DNA of 63,700 bases, counting the filler, from Octopus bimaculoides (taxonomy: Eukaryota): NCBI RefSeq assembly GCF_001194135.2. It is 5 parts of 5 records of this genome, joined end to end, with 100 filler letters (N's around TTAATTAATTAA, not from the genome) between each part and the next. Parts side by side here need not be neighbours in the genome. Positions count along the whole stretch, not along the records: positions 13,998 to 32,848 come from NC_068985.1; positions 32,949 to 54,118 come from NC_068981.1; 3 more parts are not named here. One strand, written 5' to 3'. Within the stretch, counting starts at the first letter, position 1, and each line of letters starts with the position of its first letter. The translations under genes were made by a program, and so were the position numbers. Positions 26,572 through 38,878 of this stretch are shown piece by piece. The notes below the pieces were generated by a model. That model saw only the letters and a list, made by a program, of their open reading frames with translations, made no database searches and was not told the DNA's origin.

Positions 26572-27005
26572 AATTCTTTTCTACTCTAGGAGCAGGGCCC
26601 GAAACTTTTGGAGAGGGGCCAGTCGATTAGATCAACCCTAGTATGCAACTGGTACTTAATTTATCGACCTCGAAAGTATGAAAGGTAAATCGACCTCGGC
26701 GGAATTTGAACTCAGATCATAAAGACAGACGAAATACCGCTAAGCATTTCGCCCGGCGTGCTAACGTTTCTCATTTCTTTATTGCCTACAAGGGGCTAAA
26801 CATAGAGGGAACAAACAAGGACAGACAAAGGGATTAAGTCGATTACATCGACCCCAGTGCGTAATTGGTACTTAATTTATCGACCCCGAAATGATGAAAG
26901 GCAAAGTCAACCTCGGCGGAATTTGATCTCAGAACGTAAAGACAGACGAAATACTGATAAGCATTTCGTCCGGCGTGCTAACGTTTCTGCCAGCTCGCCG
27001 CCTTC
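26572..27005 (-). mobile_element. Two tandem SINE family A copies
   Basis: Repeated gaaataccgctaagcatttcgcccggcgtgctaacg; head ends gccagctcgccgcc. Confidence 0.9.
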
Positions 27006-27383
27006 AAACTAAACGAAAAAAGAAAAAATTGCCATCAAAATCTTTACTTAATCCATATACTTTACTGACTTTGAAAGAGAAACGACATGTTTTAAACCGG
27101 TCATGAGTAATCTGCAGCCTCGGGACTTTTTGAATGATACACCTAAAGGAAAATTACCTTGATATTTCTAGGAGTGCAGCCCGCTTGATAACAATCCATC
27201 TTTCATGCAACCTGTTTATTGGAAAAGGTCCCCATGCATGTTTTACTTTATAAAAAGATCCCGAGTGAGTTATCAATCAGTTATGTTTGAGATACTGATA
27301 TGATAAAGTAGAACTGGCCATTATCAATAACATCAACACCACTAAATATTGACTACGTTCAAATGACAAGGTAATATTGGACA

Positions 27384-27550
27384 CTGACAGCGATGTCAAT
27401 ACTGTACAGTATTGGACATTGTCAATGACATCAACATGATACAATACTGACAACTGTCCATGACATTAATATTACACAATATTGAACACTGTCGATAACA
27501 TCAACATTATTCAACACCGACCATTGTCCATGACATCAATAACACTGTCT
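27384..27550. repeat. Degenerate 35-bp tandem array (about 5 units)
   Basis: Units start at 27384, 27419, 27454, 27489, 27524; consensus about ytgtcaatgacatcaacattatacaatattgacca. Confidence 0.75.
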
Positions 27551-27603
27551 AACACGATTTTTGGTCTTGGGTACCAACAGTTATTTCCTATATGTTTATA
27601 CAA

Positions 27604-27865
27604 TAGTAGTAGTAGGCATCCGTTGGTCTCGAGAGATCATGGATCTGCGCCCGAAGAAATTGTGTCAGCTGCCGATGGTGGTGCAGCGTCTGCTGTGGTT
27701 GTAGAAGCCCATAGGGGAATGGCAGTCACGTATACAGTGACTGCATTTGAAGGGAATCTCTATTGGCGCTACTGGTTTCCCTTCCGTCCAGTGCGCTTTT
27801 CTTTGGTGGCGAGTTCCTCTTTCTCTTCCCCTCGCTTCATCCCCTTTCTCAGTATATGTTTCTAG
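27604..27865 (-). mobile_element. RTE-clade LINE 3' terminus
   Basis: KHILRKGMKRGEEKE...FKCSHCIRDCHSPMGFYNHSRRC, then gatccatgatctctcgagaccaacggatgcc and a (TAC)n tail. Confidence 0.85.
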
Positions 27866-28341
27866 CGTAAGCGATCATTTGCGACCTCTTCCTATCTCAG
27901 GAAAGTATGAAAAGGGGCTAATATTTCCTTCAAAATTTGCTTTTGTTACATTTATTCGAACCCCCCAAAATCCCTCTTAACACATAGGTATAATGCTCCC
28001 CCACTATTCCTGCTCCTTATCAGAAATACACATATTGTCAGCCCCTAATGCTCAATTAGTTATAGTCAAGCAACTGACAATCAAATCTGAGGTATTGAGC
28101 TGAATATGTGCTATTACGATATTTCTGCTTTAACAACTCAGCGCTGAATCAGTCTGAAATGTAATGGCATATAGGTCAGTTTCAAAGCATTGATGTCCAC
28201 GTCACAAAAGCAAAGTTTGAAGACAATAGTAGTTATTTCCTTTGATTTCTAGATAGAAGCAATTAGGAAATAAAACTTACTGACTAAAAACAAAAACAAA
28301 GTAAAAAATTTGTTACACAGTGTAATACTCAACGCTGGACG

Positions 28342-28448
28342 CTGATAATGATATCAACACTACTCAATATTAACCCCTGTCAAATGATATCAACACTATT
28401 CTGTGCTGACCACTGTCAAATAACGTCAACTCTATTCAACAGTGACTA
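28342..28448. repeat. Degenerate 36-bp tandem array (3 units) related to the 27384 array
   Basis: ctgtcaaatgatatcaacactatt...gacca units. Confidence 0.7.
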
Positions 28449-29553
28449 CGGCAGCAGCGACAATGGCAACCACAGCAATTTCTTCACTGAAACTTTATTA
28501 CTTATGTCTTTCGTAGCTTACAACTCAACCCATTTCTTTCTGCCTACTTTCTGCCATTGTCTATTTCTCCTCTTAAACACTGCAATGGTCAGTCAATCCT
28601 TCATTCGAACGACTTACTCTACTCATGACAATAAAGCAAGAATGATATGAATAAACAAGCGAAGCAAAGAATGGTAAAACAAAGATAAAATATCGCTAAA
28701 AAGAAAGGATTATAAAAAGAAAAGTGCATAGAAAGAAGGAGAAAAAGTAAATAAAATAAAATTTTAAAAGAAGAGAAGAAGAGTAATTTTTATTAAGAGA
28801 TTCAGAAGAAAAGAAATTTGAAATATAAAGTAAAACTTGCAAATAAAAGCCAACAGATATCTAATCAATATCGTAAAAAAATAAAATGCTGGAAAATATA
28901 TTAATAAAAATGGAAAGAAACGGTTCACTATTGTTTAACGTCAGATAAAATGGTTTTAGATCAGATGACATTTTTATTAACATCTTTTTATCTCAGTCTC
29001 TTACTAGACTGGATTAACAACAACAAAATATACAAAAACAAAAGGGACACATTTTGAAGGTGGGTAACGTTTTTACGATTTCCGGTCATTATTATCTCAT
29101 AATCGTTATTTTCCCATCAAAGTCCGGTGTCATAGTGATTATTAAAACAGAATGCATTATTATCGCCATTAATACTCAAACCCTAATCGGCGTAGTTTAT
29201 AGAAGTTACACAAAGTGGTAGGCGATAGTTTGTAACCTGAAGAAAAAAATGAAAATGGAAGATTGAAAAAATATTCTAGAAATTGATTTTAAACTAAACA
29301 AATGATTATAGGTTGTGTGTATAATTACAGATTTGCTGATAGCTCAGTCGTTAGAGGGATTTGTTTATTAGTCTGGAACAAAGAGTTGTAACCATATAAC
29401 TATATAATCCAATGTGACAAGAGGAATGTCCAATAACTAATGCTTTATGATCCGGTTCCTCTTGCTACATCAAGTATACCTGTTTCAAGGACGTACTATC
29501 AGGATAGCGAAAGATATGTAGTACTTACCCACACTAAGACAAAAAATAATATT

Positions 29554-30946
29554 GGCTTCAAATTTTTTGACACAAGGACAGTAAGTTCGGGAGATGGAGG
29601 GTAAGTCGATTATATCAACTCCAGTACTCAACTGGTACTTATTCTATCGACTCGAAACGATGAAGGGCAAAGTCTACTACGGTGGCATTTGAACTCAGGA
29701 CGTAAAAACGAACGAAATGCTGCTAAGAATTGTTCTGACGCAGTAAGGATTCTGCCAGCTCGATGCCTTAAATCATTCATTAATATTATTTCTAATTTGA
29801 AGGTGGTGAGCTGGTAGAATCTTTAGCATGCCGGGCAAAATGCCTAGCGGCATTTCGTCCGTCTTTACATTCTGAGTTCAAATACCGCCGAGATCGACTT
29901 TACATTTCATCCTTCCGGAGTCAATAAAATAAGTACCAGTTGAACACTGGGTCGATGTAATCGATTTATGCCCTTCCCCGAACTTGCTGGCCTCTTACCA
30001 AAATTTGAAATCAATATTATTTTTAGTTTCAAGTCGGTGAGCTGGCAGAATCATTAGCATTCTCAGCAAAATGCTCAGTGGCATTTCGTCCATGTTTACG
30101 TTCTGAGTTCAAATACCGCCGGAACTGATTTTGCCTTTCATTCTTCCGGAGTCAACAGAATAAGAACCAGCTGAACATTTGGAGCGATGTTATCGATTGA
30201 CCTTCTCCCGCGAAATTACTGGCCTTTCTATTCCTTATGAAAATGTTAACACAATGCATGTAATTCACTGTATACATCAGTAAATAGGTACTATTTTGAT
30301 ACTAGACAGATGCTATAGCCACTACTTTGATGTTCCATGTATATACTAACGTATAATGGAATTAATCCCATGTTCTGTGAGTTCCGTGAAGCAAAATCAT
30401 ACCTGCCTGCATTCAGTATTATTTTAAAGTAAGGAACATGCTCATATTTTACAGTGGATTTTGTGATAGAACTAATGTTTAGTGGGATGAAAAAAATACT
30501 AATAATCCTTCTAATTTTGGCACAAGGCCAGCGATTTTGAGGGGCGGGTAAAGTCGATTATATCGACTCCAACATTCAACTGGTACTTTTTTTAGCGACC
30601 GCGAAAAGATGTAAGTCATAGTCTACCTCGGCGAAATTTGAACGTAGAACGTAAAGAGCCGGGAGAAACATTTTGACCGACGTGCTAACAAGTCTGCCAG
30701 GTTGCCACCTAACATTAATAATAATTATAATCCTTTCTACTAAAGGCACAACACCTGAAATTTAGGGGAAGGGACAGTCAATTGCATCGACCTCAGTGTT
30801 TCACTCGTACTTAATTTATCGACCACGAAAGGATGAAAGGCAAAGTAGACATCGGCGTCATTTGAACTCAGAAATTTAAGAGCCGGAAAAAACGTCGCTA
30901 AAGCAATTTGTCAGGTGTGCTAACAATTGTCCAAGTTTGCCGCCTT
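29554..30946. mobile_element. Cluster of five SINE family A copies: 29554-29769 (-), 29801-30012 (+), 30031-30226 (+), 30506-30710 (-), 30731-30946 (-)
   Basis: A and B boxes and body motifs in each copy. Confidence 0.88.
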
Positions 30947-31699
30947 CTCATTTGTATTAATGAAAGGGTATGAAACTTTGACGCTGTTTGACATGTCCTA
31001 TTTAGATTTTACATTATACAAATACCTTATTCCTACATATTTACAGTTACCTCTTGTGAAAATATTTTTAAAAACATTATACTTGTTAGGACGCTCAGTG
31101 TCGTAGCTACTGCAGAGCTGGTCGTGCAACTAATCAAATTAACGCGCGTATTCAATGATAATACCGATCAAAAAGGGAAGGTAAAGTTGCTTCCCATAGG
31201 CTTTTGCGTTTGTGTGTGTTTCAAATCATTTGCAAAGCAAGCAGTGCTTTTCTTGTTACGTTTAGAACATACTTGAAGTTGCGTAGACTGGGGCAGTAAG
31301 AGTTAGATAGGATCGACGAACCCTTTTAATATTGGAAATGAACAACAGATCTTTTTCGTTTTCTTCCAACCAGAGATATTAATCTGAAAATTTTCAAAAA
31401 CATATACATTTTATAGCTTTGCATGCTGATGACGAGTATCGAAGTCATTATTTTGGAAAACTTATAATAAAGAAGTCAGAAGCATTTAAAGAGACGTATT
31501 TTTAGCGAATGAATTTTAAGTCACTACCTCCACAGCAAAAGTCGAAACTGTTCGCTGTCATGACAACTCTGCTTCATTAATTAATTCTTCATTTCAACAT
31601 GAACTCGCGAGTAGCCATTCCTTTGAAAAAATTCCATTGACTATGAGTTCTTCAAGAAATTGTTCGACAGAAAATTATCAAAACGAAAGAGCGGAGGCG

Positions 31700-32340
31700 A
31701 CGGCTATAAATTTTTCGATTTTGTCACAGAAAATTCACGGTATTTTTATTTTTTTACAAGAAAAGGGAATTCTTCGAAAGAAGTGAAAAATTCAGTACAA
31801 GATGCAAATAAAACAATAATATGGCTACTTATACTGGAAATGTAGTAGGAGACAACGCCGAGAGCCTGCGTTTGTCAGAAGCACACGGTTCGGGATTTGT
31901 ACCTAGAGTAGAAAAGAAGAAGCAAACGTTTGGGAGGGGAGAACCTTTCCACTTAGAAATGTAATTATATTCATCTACTGCTGGGTCAAAAAGTTGACAA
32001 CTAAATTTTGTAAAGAAGAATTAGGGGATTGCCTCGACAGTGGCAGAAGATTACAAAAATTATTTATGGAAGGTCTGTGCAGTCCAACGAAAATTGGTTG
32101 TCCCAGCAGAATTGTTGAAATAACAGTCTTTTCGAGAAGTTCCACTGTGGTTGAATAAGGCTACTCGAACGAGTAGAAAGCACTTGGGCTTGTCTTAAGC
32201 AAGTGAATAAACGGTGCTGTGGCATTCATCGGTCTATACTGGACTCGTATCTCTACGAGATTATGTGGTGCTGCAGGTATGAGGAACTTGATTGGTTTCA
32301 AAAGAAACTGCTGGGCTTAACTCAATTTCATTGCATTCTG
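31700..32340 (+). pseudogene. Merlin (IS1016/ISXO2-like) transposase remnant with central deletion
   Basis: FLQEKGIL, YWKCSRR, IIFIYCW..LTTKFCKEELG, DYKNYLWKVCA, KIGCPSRIVEI, RVESTWACLKQVNKRCCGIHRSILDSYLYEIMW. Confidence 0.75.
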
Positions 32341-32437
32341 TTACTTTTTTATTTCATCATTGTTTTCGGATCTTTTATTGACAGTCAGTGTGTTTTCGTT
32401 TCATTTTGATGTGTCGGAAACCTGTGACTATGACATT

Positions 32438-32576
<139 letters not shown>

Positions 32577-32577
32577 G

Positions 32578-32848
32578 CGAGAGAGCAGTGCATGCCATCA
32601 AAGTGACACAGGGATAAAATATACGAAGCCCATTATACCCATCATGACTACCCGGTTGATAAGGGTACACCAGGCACATGCATCACAACCATATGTGCGC
32701 GACACGGTGATCTCATATCAAGATAAACAGCGCATGACCTCGCAGGTGGGGCCCAGTTAGAATTTTCTTCGGGTCGAGTAGCCCATCCTGCTCAAAAGGT
32801 TCCTGAATAAGGTTTGTATAAGGATGTTGAGCAAAACACCCATGTTTC
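32578..32848 (-). mobile_element. Unclassified interspersed repeat abutting (TAA)n, probably a non-LTR element end
   Basis: GC-richer block starting exactly at the (ATT)n boundary; recalled as a high-copy octopus repeat, unverified. Confidence 0.4.
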
Positions 32849-33035
32849 NNNNNNNNNNNNNNNNNNNNNNNNNNNNNNNNNNNNNNNNNNNNTTAATTAA
32901 TTAANNNNNNNNNNNNNNNNNNNNNNNNNNNNNNNNNNNNNNNNNNNNTATATATATATATATATATATATACCGGCAGATAAACGTCTACATATGTGAA
33001 TATCAACCACAAAAACACATTCACACATAATCGCA

Positions 33036-33079
<44 letters not shown>

Positions 33080-33255
33080 CATACCTACACACGTCCCCAC
33101 TAAGCGTACATACAAGTACATGTAAATATTGCTTTAGTCAAAAACCAAAATAGACACGTGTACATTAATATACAACACGTACGTATACACACATACAGTT
33201 GCGAGTCTATAAGTCTCATGTATATACATGTATAGTCTCGTCTCACTCACTAGGG

Positions 33256-33256
<1 letters not shown>

Positions 33257-33313
<57 letters not shown>

Positions 33314-33325
33314 GTCTGTCTTTCT

Positions 33326-33376
<51 letters not shown>

Positions 33377-33599
33377 CCTATCTATCTATCTATCTATCTA
33401 ACTATCTATCTATCTATTTGCCTCTCTGTCTGCCTGTCTATTTATCCATATATCTACGGCATACATATATAAGCAAACATTATTGCAAGTGTGTATAATG
33501 ACATATATAGCCTCCTCTCTCTCCCCCTCTCTCTCTCAATAAATCTATCTATCTGTCTCTCTGTTTGTCTGTCACTCTGTCTGTATGTCTCTGTCTGTC

Positions 33600-33681
<82 letters not shown>

Positions 33682-33753
33682 TATCACATAAGCAACATAC
33701 ATTGTTGCAAGTGTAGATAATCATATATGCTTGCATAATTTCTCTAATTCTAT

Positions 33754-33811
<58 letters not shown>

Positions 33812-33900
33812 TTTCTCTTTTTGTTTCTGTCATACACAGACACACACACACACACACACTCACATACAAAGACATAACACACACGCACATGAAATATATG
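33257..33900. repeat. (TCTA)n, (CT)n and (CA)n microsatellite block
   Basis: Direct. Confidence 0.97.
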
Positions 33901-34064
33901 TAAAATCATAACGAGACCAGACAGCTCATATAATATACACATATACATATACTGACATTTACATTTACACACACACACATACACACACACAAACGTACAC
34001 ACAAACACCTCACATATGCATATGCGCGTTTGCTAGCAAATATGGTCACATGATATAGTAATAG

Positions 34065-34714
34065 GGATCTATTTCAAAACGGGGGCACCAGTTTTCATTT
34101 ATGTTTTTTATGTAGAGTTTTTGGTACCGAAAGACTTTCAAACTTCATATACTTATCTATTTTGTGTTATAGAACAGAAAAAAATGTTGTATTCGAATTT
34201 ATTTCATGTAAAAAATTGTCTTATTTCGATAATTTCTACTAATCACTGACGTCTATTCAGTTGAAAACAGTTAGCGCTGTAACGGTGTATATCGTATTAA
34301 TCCCCTATCCCTAACCCTAACCCTAACTAGACTGTTAACCCTAACCCTAATCCTAACTCTAGAATCCGAACTCTAAAATTGTTACACACATAGATACGCA
34401 CAGCGTAATTTATTATATAAACAATATATGCGTATAAATTACGATTAAACCGGATGAAATATGTCACAGGGAATAACATTTTTATGACCGCCCAGCAGTA
34501 ACTCTATTCAGCTGAATAGACGTCAGTGATTGGTTGAAATTACAGAAATACGACAACTTTAACATGGAATAACTTGCGATGTACGTTTTTTTGTTAAGAA
34601 GACTAAGAGTAAAAGATGTTTTATATGACACATTCTACTAGTGTCCCAAGTTTCAAAGTGTTTCGTTAATGTTTCGTTAAGAAAATACTGGTGCCCCCGT
34701 TTTGAAATAGATCC
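34065..34714. mobile_element. Merlin-type fold-back MITE with internal (CCCTAA)n
   Basis: Perfect 28-bp TIR GGATCTATTTCAAAACGGGGGCACCAGT; 8-bp TSD agtaatag/agaaatag; about 215-bp imperfect inverted arms; CCCTAA units at 34309-34356. Confidence 0.85.
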
Positions 34715-34844
34715 AGAAATAGTAATGAGAGCCATTGTTACAGTCGATTATGTGACGTATAGAATCGTTCATTAATTGTGTCGTCAAGAAGTTAACTGGC
34801 ATCAACCACGTGGTTGTGAGTTAGTTTTCATTGAAAAACTTGCA

Positions 34845-35250
34845 ATATTTGTTTTAGATCTCTGTGCTCTGAGTTCAAATCCCACTGGTTTCAACTTTGC
34901 CTTTCATCCTTTCGCAGACGATATATAGAATACCAATCTAGAACATTAAGGCAGCAAGCTGGCAGAATCGTTAGCACGCCGGACGAAATGCTTAGCGGTA
35001 TGTCATCTGTCTTTTATGTTCTGAGTTCAAATTCTGCCCAGGTCGACTTTGCCTTTCATCCTTTCGGGGTCGATAAATTAAGTACCAGTTGTGTACTGGG
35101 GTCGATCTAATCGACTGGTCCCCTCCCCCAAAATTTCGGGCCTTGTGCCTAGAGTAGAAAAGAATTGTTAGCAAGTCGGGCAAAATGCTTAGCGGCATTT
35201 CTTCCGGCTCTTTACTTTTTAAGTTCAAATCCGACCAAGGTCAACTGTAC
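34845..35250 (+). mobile_element. SINE family A: full copy 34948-35165 plus two partial flanking copies
   Basis: ggcagaatcgttagcacgccggacgaaatgcttagcgg...gagttcaaat. Confidence 0.9.
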
Positions 35251-36508
35251 CTTGAAGCCTGGATTATTGAAACGTTAGGAAGCAGCCGGACAAATATATA
35301 AGGCTGTATTTTGATAGGTTGCTTCTCTACTTGAATTCTTTGGATAATCAGTATCGTGAAACTCCGAGTTACAGTTCAAGATGCTTCAGCTTCGAAAAAA
35401 AGTACACAAATTTTACATCAAATATTGAGTTTTTTCTCTACTTGTAAACCAAAATGGCTACCAAACCATACGAATAGGTGTGTGTATGTATGGTTTCTCC
35501 TGAATGCTAACGTCATCCTTGTATTATTTATAACATCGACAAAAATAAATGGTAACTTCCGCTCGACTTCTGTTTATGTATAAATGCTTTTCAAAAACAA
35601 CAACGAGACAAGTCATTAAACAATTGTGTATATACCACAGAGATGTGATCTTTTAATGAAAGAAGATCTCTTAATTAAATCATGGGTCGTAAACGGGATT
35701 TTTAGGTTAACTCTTAATTGAATTTTATCCCTAATTTAAAATTATGCTTAGAAGCCATTGAAATACGCGACGGAAAGTTTTCTGAATGAAATTCTGTTCA
35801 GTCAGGAAAGATTACTCTACATTGTACACATGTGGCTGTGTGGTAAGAAGCTTAATTCCCAATCACATGGCTCTGGTTTCAACCATTTTTTTTTTAAATA
35901 ACATAAATTATAGGATAGGCAAATCCCTAAATACATCAATAGATAGATTATATCACCCAGTTTTCTGTGATTTTCTGTGATTCCAAACACATTAGTGAAT
36001 TGCCATACTTACCATTTGAAACATATTTGCAATAGCTTGGGACTTGCTCGATTCGCCTTCAATTTTGCTTCTTACCACTTTACTGAATTAATTAATGCAT
36101 AAAGGGACTACTTCATTTGCCACACATAAGGTAGAATACTTTGCTAATGTAGCGTTTTCAAATGGTGATGACGTACCCAGATTAGATGATTGTGACGAGG
36201 ATCATATGACAAGTAAAGATCCCCCACTACGGTCCTGTGGATTTTATGAGAAAAAGATTTATAAGCTAATCTCTATGACGGTACATAGATTTTCTTGTCT
36301 GTTCCAAACAATATACAGCCTGTTATGTACAGACGTATGTATGCATATCGTTGCTAACTCTTTAAGCGAAACGCTTAACGCAAGCAAGATGTTTGTCGGA
36401 TTTTGGAATGATTGTATATTTGCATCTATATATGTTCTCGATTGCTTCCCGTCAGCTTTTGGTGGGCCGAATGTTTGCTAAGGTGACTGATTCGAGAATG
36501 CTGATGGA

Positions 36509-36611
36509 CAGGGCCGGCCCTAGAGTTGCTGGCGCCCCGGGCAAGCTGAACTTTGACATGCACAAGCTGACGGTCGTGGAAATTTCCTTGACGCCCGATT
36601 TGCCGGCCCTG
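36509..36611. mobile_element. 103-bp hAT mini-MITE
   Basis: Perfect 10-bp TIR CAGGGCCGGC; 8-bp TSD ctgatgga/ctgaggga. Confidence 0.75.
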
Positions 36612-37127
36612 CTGAGGGAATCTGCCTATATTTACAAAACAATTTCATGTGCTTCAGCTGGACTTGTCCGAATGCCGCATTTGAAGCAAGTGTGAATGTA
36701 GCACTATCTAAAACTAACGAACAGAGAACAAGAGATCTTGCATTGGGTTTGTTGTATTGAGATTACACTACAAACTGAGGCGTTGCAAAGCGAGCCACTT
36801 CGTAGTCACACAGCTATTATCGCAATCTCCATCTCCCCTGTTTTTCTGTTTATTTACGTGTTTATTTATTTATTTATCTCTATTTTGGCTTCTTTTTCAA
36901 TTAGTTATATATATTTTTTTAATTTCTATTAAAACTGCTTTTAATTTTATTTTTCCCAGTTCTCAAATGAATTTTTTGTTAAAGATTTGTACTCGTAGAA
37001 ATAACCATAACAAAATGAAATTTTTGTTTCTTTCAAAGTTACTTTGAAAGAATCAAAAAAAAAACCTTCTTCAAAATTTTGTATTGGTTTTCTTTATGTA
37101 CGACTATTGTTTTGTAAACTATGGCTT

Positions 37128-37429
37128 GGCTCTCCATCGGTTGCGACGACGAGTGTTCCAGATGATACGATCAACCGAACAGCGTACACGTGAAATTAAC
37201 GCTCAAGTAGATGAGCACTCCACAGACACACATATTCTTAACGCAGTTCTCCATGACAGAGAATGTGACATGGTTGGTCCTTTGAATTACAGGTACAACT
37301 CATTTTTGCCAGCTTAAGCCGACTGGAGCAATAAGAAATATAAAAAGAAACACAACACGCCGCCTGGAATCGAACTCATGTCCCTACGATCCTGAGCCGA
37401 ATACCCTAACCACTAAGCCATATGTCTTC
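37128..37429 (-). mobile_element. SINE family B variant
   Basis: ggctctccatcggttgcgacgacgag 3' end; accctaaccactaagcca head. Confidence 0.85.
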
Positions 37430-37918
37430 GCATGCATGTTGTAACTCCCTCTAATAACTATTTGCGTATGTTCATTTAGACTTCAGCTACAATTCCTCTT
37501 TACTTCGTCTAGCAATGAAATACAGAAAACAAATTCTTAAAACTCAATGTCTTTATGGATTCCAATAAACTAAACGAGTAATAGTGAAGATAATGTTTTT
37601 TTTCTGTACAGCATTTAGACATTTAGACGTAATACGGTATTTCCTCTTTAAATTTATGCTTAAATAATGTCTCGATGTTATTCTGAACATTTACCTCCAC
37701 AACGAGATGTTTTTTTTTTTTGTTTGTATTTTATTTCGTGAGCAAATTGTTTTATTATATATATGTGTATACATTTTTTTTTTCATTTCTTTGTTAGACA
37801 GGATGTGTATGAACTGTGGCGTATTCGCATGTCTGCTAAGCAATAAGCATGTAGTTATATAGTTCAATTTCGTGTGTATGTATGTATGTATGTATGTATG
37901 TATGTATTTATTTATTTA

Positions 37919-38760
37919 GGAGGTTTGATCAATAAGTATCCGGACTGACGCTATAAAAACAAAACTACTATAACACGTACCAATTTGGCATTTAATGTTC
38001 TTCAAAGTAGTCTCCTTCGGAAACCACACACTTAATCCAGCACTGTTTCCATAAATGGAAGCATTCCTGGAACTCGTTTTCTGGGATAACCAGCAGCTGC
38101 CTCGTCGTATTCACTTTGATTTCCTCGATGTCCAGAAATCTTGTTCCTTTCAGGCGGGATTTGATTTTTGGAAAGAGGGAAAAGTCGCAAGGGGCAAGAT
38201 CTGGGGAATGCGATGGCTGTCGGAAAGCTGTGCCTAGACAAAACTACTTCACAAGCTGCGCTGAATGGGGAGGTGCGTTGACATGGTGCAATTTGCCACT
38301 CACCGGCCGCGTGCAATTTGTGGCCTTTTCCGACGAACAGCATCCCGGAAACGCCGCAAAACGTCACGGTAGTACTTCTTGTTTACTGTCTGATCAGGTG
38401 AAGCATACTCATGATGAATAATCCTCTAGTAGTCGAAGAAAACGGTCAACGGAGGCTTCACATTGCTTCGACTCATTCGTGCTTTCTTCGGTCTCAGAGA
38501 GGTCGGAGTCTTCCACTACGAAGACTGAGCCTTTGCTTCAGGGTTATAGCCATGGACTTATGCTTCATCACCCGTTATAACTGTTTTCAAAAAGTTTTCA
38601 TCGTTCTCGATACAATCAAGGAGATCTTGTGCAACTGAAACCCGAGTGTGCTTTTGGTCAGTTGAAAGCAGTTTGGGCACAAACTAGGCAGACACACATC
38701 TCATACCCAAACCTTCAGTGATGATGGACTGAACTGAATCATAACTAATCTGCACATCTC
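37919..38760 (-). mobile_element. Mariner, 3' two-thirds (decayed D,D34D transposase, stop at 37992)
   Basis: FVPKLL, TVITGDEA, TVFFDY, TVNKKYY, PDLAPCDFSLFPKIK, GDYFEEH*; terminal TA-ggaggtttgatcaataagtatccggact. Confidence 0.9.
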
Positions 38761-38878
38761 CGGGTTCAGTCCCACTGCGTGGCACCCTGGGCAAGTGTCT
38801 CCTACAATAGCCTCGGGCTGACCAAAGCCTTGTGAGTGGATTTAGTAAATGGAAACTGAAAGAAGACCATCGTATATA

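Noticed and set aside
29529-29533. 5-nt microexon on minus (ttttgtcttAG|TGTGG|GTAAGT)
   Set aside because: The pyrimidine tract is a SINE A tail, the length is not frame-preserving, and there is no other support
30403-30471. 69-nt minus-strand exon candidate (SITKSTVKYEHVPYFKIILNAG)
   Set aside because: Acceptor tract supplied by a SINE tail; phase incompatible with the 41290 exon; no recognisable homology
31521-31784. Ser/Thr-rich open frame as a host exon
   Set aside because: Weak acceptor, and its 3' part is the Merlin transposase N-terminus
34309-34356. True telomere or chromosome-fusion scar
   Set aside because: Only a few units, located inside a TIR- and TSD-bounded MITE
36095-36481. 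128-aa plus-strand ORF
   Set aside because: No recognisable motif or convincing splice context; cannot be distinguished from chance without a search
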